From: Octopus vulgaris
Lineage: Eukaryota
NCBI GenBank assembly: GCA_951406725.2
Contig: OX597832.1
Span: 51,956,001 to 52,020,000, forward strand
Length of the DNA stretch: 64,000 nt
Direction of reading: 5' to 3'
A model generated the notes under the pieces. It had not been told where the DNA came from and made no database searches. It saw only the letters and a list, made by a program, of their open reading frames with translations. Positions 10,872-64,000 of this stretch are shown here, piece by piece. Each line of letters starts with the position of its first letter. Position 1 is the stretch's first letter. The translations under genes and the position numbers were made by a program.

Positions 10872-11360
10872 AAATTAGTGTATACAGTGCTCAGGTGCAC
10901 CACAATTTGTTAGAAAGTGCGTATAAAGTATATGCAGTAATGTAGAAATGTCTGGAAAGCGAACAATGTATGAGTCAGATACATGCTTGTGTGTGTATGG
11001 AGGGGAGGAAATCAGGTGTAGTGTTGGCGAATCTCAGAAAGCATGGAAGTTTTGAAGGATGCAGTGCTCCGACAACTAACAACTGATGCCGGCAGTTTGT
11101 TCCATGCTTCAGCAACTCTCAGCGTGAAAAAATGTTTCCTAAAGTTATGGGAGCTGTGCTGCTTTCTGACTTTGTAAATATGTCCACGGGTGTTAGACGG
11201 GTGGAGTTTGAAAAGGTTCTCAGAGTTATTGTTAGTAAGATGGTTGATAATTTTATGGGTGTCTGCTAAGTCAGCTGCCAAACATCGGAGTTTCAATATG
11301 TCCATGCCCAGGGAAGTAAGGTGTTCAGAATATGGCAAATGCCTGATGGAGGGTATTCTT
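10872..11360 (-). mobile_element. CR1/L2-type LINE 3' fragment (same family at 30684-31045 + and 122-210 -)
   Basis: NTRGHIYKVRKQHS...RKHFFTLRVAEAWNKLPASVV..FK, a CR1-type C-terminus. Confidence 0.85.
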
Positions 11361-11716
11361 TTAGCTGATTGATTCTAATAATACCGAAACATGGCTGAAG
11401 TTGTCACCAAACATGCAAAGATCAGATTCAATTCCCCTACTGAATTCTATATTTACTTAGATTTCAGGGTTGTCTTCATTGCCCTTCTTGAACAGAATCA
11501 GTCATTGAAGCAAGGGATTCCTTCTCATCTCCACAAGTTTAATTTTAATTAAATAAAATGCCTTATTCTAATGTAGTAATGCTCACTTTAATTGTTATTT
11601 TTTTAGCATTTCAGTTATTTTTTTTTTTTTATCCTCTTAATTCTATTTTAAAATCTATTTCTCATCTGAAATAATTATACTTTTATTTAACCAATTAACA
11701 TTTAAACCAGCTATAG

Positions 11717-11998
11717 CGTCACCTGATTGGTGTCCGTGTCGGTGACACGTAAAAGCACCAACCGATCGTGGCCGTTTGCCAGCCTGTTCCAGTGGCCCCT
11801 GTTCCAGTGGCACGTAAAAAGCACCCACTACACTCACGGAGTGGTTGGCGTTAGGAAGGGCATCCAGATGTAGAAACACTGCCAAATCAGACTGGAGCTT
11901 GGTGCAGCCTCCATGGCTTACCAGATTCCGGTCGAACCGTCCAACCCATGCTAGCATGGAAAACGGACGTTAAATGATGATGATGATGATGATGATGA
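11717..11998 (+). mobile_element. RTE-family 3' UTR fragment inserted in a TTAA MITE (about 11687-12199)
   Basis: ggagtggttggcgttaggaagggcatccag...catggaaaacggacgttaaa(tga)n; MITE sequence resumes after the tail. Confidence 0.75.
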
Positions 11999-12204
11999 TA
12001 TCTGGCCAAAATATTCTACCTCTTTTAAGCTCAAACTAGGCAGATCAGGCCTCTTACACCAACCTTACAATATGATTCTAAAAATTAACAGTTACCTCAT
12101 CAAAATCTCAGAGCTACAAGATAATCCATGATTAATTCAAAACAATGTGAATAAATAAGTGTTCGTTTTGACAGAACAATGTGAATGCTAAAGGGTCAAA
12201 TGTT

Positions 12205-12672
12205 TAGTTAAGTTAAGTTAATTTTTTGGCTCAAAAAGCGAAAAGCAAGGCCATGTAGGGGGACATGGAGTTATGTACAGGGAGGGTGTTCATGCAAAGA
12301 GTTCAGGCCATTTCTGGTCAAGAGAGACTTTGAACCGAGCGGTCGTCAGCATCTTCACTATCTCATCCGGCAGCTTATTCCACGGATCTGCAACCCGGAC
12401 GGAGAAAGCCCCTCTCCTTTGATTGAGATGAAATCGTCGCAGATAGAGCTTTTCGGAGTGACCCCGCAGCCGATGCTTTGGAGCAGGAGTGAAGAACAGC
12501 TCTTTTGAGATGTTACACTTTCGCTTATGATGTTGTGAGCGAGAATGAGGTCACTACGGCGTTGTCGTTTTTCTAGAGAATAAAGGACGAGCGTCTTCAG
12601 CCTTTCTTCATAAGACAAATGTTTGAGGCCAAGAACCATGCGGGTAGCTAGCTTCTGGACTCTTTTGAGATG
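12205..12672 (-). mobile_element. Second CR1-type LINE 3' fragment (also 36278-36583)
   Basis: GLKHLSYEERLKTL.LYSLEKR.RRSDLI peptide; (TAACT)n tail. Confidence 0.8.
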
Positions 12673-12716
12673 TTTAGTTTAACATTTATTTTAATAAACT
12701 GACCTCCATTTGAAAA

Positions 12717-13290
12717 TATTGGGTTGTCCAGAAAGTTCATGCCGATTTTTTTTTAAAGGAAAGAAAAAGGTCAATAAATACTTGCCATTACATTTTTAAT
12801 CAACCAAATATGAACCATTTTGTTGCACAATGCGTCTCCATCTTTCCATTAACTTGAAAATACCCTCTTCCCAGAATTGAGGTGGTTTCATGGCAAATAA
12901 TTCATCAAGGTATCTTTTAACATCATCCCAGGTATTGAAATGTTTACCATTAAGACTATTCTGCAGAGACCTGAATAAGTGGAGATCCGAAGGAGCAATA
13001 TCTGGTGAATATGGAGGGTGGGGTAACACATCCCAGCCAAGCTGCAGCAATTTTTGTCTGGTTCCCAAAGCATCAAGCGCCAAAAATGAACTTTCTTATC
13101 TTCCATTTTAAAGGGTTACAGAATTAACACAGGTTATAGGAACATAAACCTTCTTCCACGAAAAGATAGCTTAAACTGTGCTCTAAATGGAGATGTAGTC
13201 AAATCTTATGCTATGGACTCAACCATGTTCTAAAATAAGTCGAAAGGTAAGCTACTATAAATCAGCACAAACTTTCCAGACAACCCAGTA
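12717..13290 (-). mobile_element. Internally deleted mariner element
   Basis: TA-flanked TIRs TTGGGTTGTCCAGAAAGTT...; HPPYSPDIAPSD transposase C-terminus fused to MEDKKVHF N-terminus. Confidence 0.9.
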
Positions 13291-13350
13291 TATTCTTCTA
13301 AATATTTAATTTCAAAAGTACAAAAGTACACATTAATTTATAAATACTGA

Positions 13351-13356
13351 TTTATT
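13351..13356 (-). terminator. Candidate polyadenylation signal AATAAA of the dynein gene
   Basis: AATAAA about 100 nt past the stop; a second AATAAA overlaps the stop codon (13452-13457). Confidence 0.45.
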
Positions 13357-13452
13357 GAATATCAAAATAGTTTGTATTTTTAGCACAAATTTAATTTTTC
13401 ATAGAAATTTAAATTCAGTTAATAGCAACACAGCAATATTATTTTGTATATT

Positions 13453-62580
<49,128 letters not shown>

Positions 62581-62727
62581 CTTCAAAAACGAACATGAAA
62601 ACAAGATTTAGTATTTATTTTTAACATCACCAGATGACTGTCAAGGAAAATGCACAAAATAACAATGATAAACAAGTAAGATTTAACTCCACATATCTAC
62701 ATACACACATACATGTGTACATACACA

Positions 62728-62765
<38 letters not shown>

Positions 62766-63174
62766 CACATTTATGCACATATACATACCAGTGTCTTGAC
62801 TTACAAATTGAATAGACATTTGTGCTCAAAGCCTGAACACTGCTTGGAGACACGAGGTCTGTTATAAAAACCTGCCAAGATGCATGTCACCAAAGCAAGA
62901 TAATATTTATTAGTAGTTCATACCTTTATACTGTGTATGTTAAAAGATATTTATCTTCCCATAAAGTACTGGGTGCTTGTTTTTTCATAATTCCTATCAC
63001 TGACATTAAGAAGAGAATCCAGCCATAGAAATCATACTGAAGCAGATACTGGAGCTTGATGCAGTCTTTGCAGTGCTTGGACCCTTCGAATCCTCTTCAA
63101 TCACCCAACCCATGTCAGCATGGAGTATGGGCTTTAAATGATGATGATGATGATGATGGTACATATATATATAT

Positions 63175-63526
63175 ATCATCATCATCATCATCATCATCGT
63201 TTAACGTCCGCTTTCCGCGCTAGCACGGGTTGGACGGTTTGACCGGGTCTGGGAATCCAGGGGCCGCACCAGGCTCCAGTCTGAATCTGGCAGAGTTTCT
63301 ACGGCTGGATGCCCTTCCTAACGCCAACCACTCCGTGAGTGGATTGGGTGCTTTTTACGTGCCACCTGCACAGGGGCCGGAGGGTCCGGCATCGTCACGA
63401 TCGGTTCGAGCATTTTAACGTGTCAGCGGCACGGGGGCAACGAGGTCCGGGGTACTTTGGGGATCCAGGGTACTTTGGGGATCCGGGGTACTTAGAATTA
63501 GTAGGGGGTATGTGGAATTGCTGCAG
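63175..63526 (-). mobile_element. 5'-truncated young copy of the same RTE subfamily (3' UTR only)
   Basis: Nearly identical to 1334-1753, including the 18-bp and 20-bp repeat units. Confidence 0.9.
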
Positions 63527-64000
63527 ATGTATGTATATTTGTTTATAAGAGTGTATAAATACACAAAGAGAAGACCAAACTACAAACAAATATTTTACGT
63601 CTTATGACTCTTATTATACATGCGGACCACTGATAATAAATTATTTGATAATTTTTACCCTTATATTTAAATAGTTAAATATATATATATATATAGTTAA
63701 ATAGTTAAATATATATATATACACACACACACACTTTTTTATTAAAGCTGCAAGAACATCCCAAAAACTGTTTCTCAGAGTTTCATGTTCCTGTTTGTCG
63801 GACATTTCTGATTGAGACTGGAATAAAATTTATTCCAGGCTCTACCTTTTGTATTCAAGTACTATTTTTTCCACCTTGCTTTGTATTTATGTGTTTACTC
63901 ATGTGTGTATATATATATATATATATACATACATACATACATACTTTCATAATGTGTGTGTGTTTGCTGTTCCATTAAGATAAGATCAACAGATCTCCTT

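Overview
AT-rich, microsatellite- and SINE-dense animal genomic DNA. The repeat families point to a cephalopod, most likely Octopus; this is an inference. The main feature is the 3' half of an axonemal inner-arm dynein heavy chain gene, DNAH6-like, on the minus strand. I traced 34 exons from 62580 down to the stop at 13453, covering AAA4, stalk/MTBD, AAA5, AAA6 and the C-terminal domain; the 5' part lies beyond the window. 32 exons splice in perfect phase. Two are damaged as assembled: the stalk exon at 53137 is fused to a copy of the previous exon and hits a stop, and the exon at 37964 carries about 26 extra nt with a frameshift or stop. Many normally invariant motif residues are also substituted, so the gene may be decaying, or the assembly may be wrong. 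The locus holds at least six short, non-tandem local copies of nearby DNA, three of which include exon sequence. Downstream lies a nearly intact RTE-clade LINE (about 1334-4940, minus) with a C4HC3 PHD-type finger inserted in its reverse transcriptase and 3' UTR hairpin arrays. Also present: two dispersed 5S rRNA copies, mariner, piggyBac, hAT, Helitron and telomere-motif MITEs, CR1 fragments, Penelope-type hammerhead motifs and several long hairpins.
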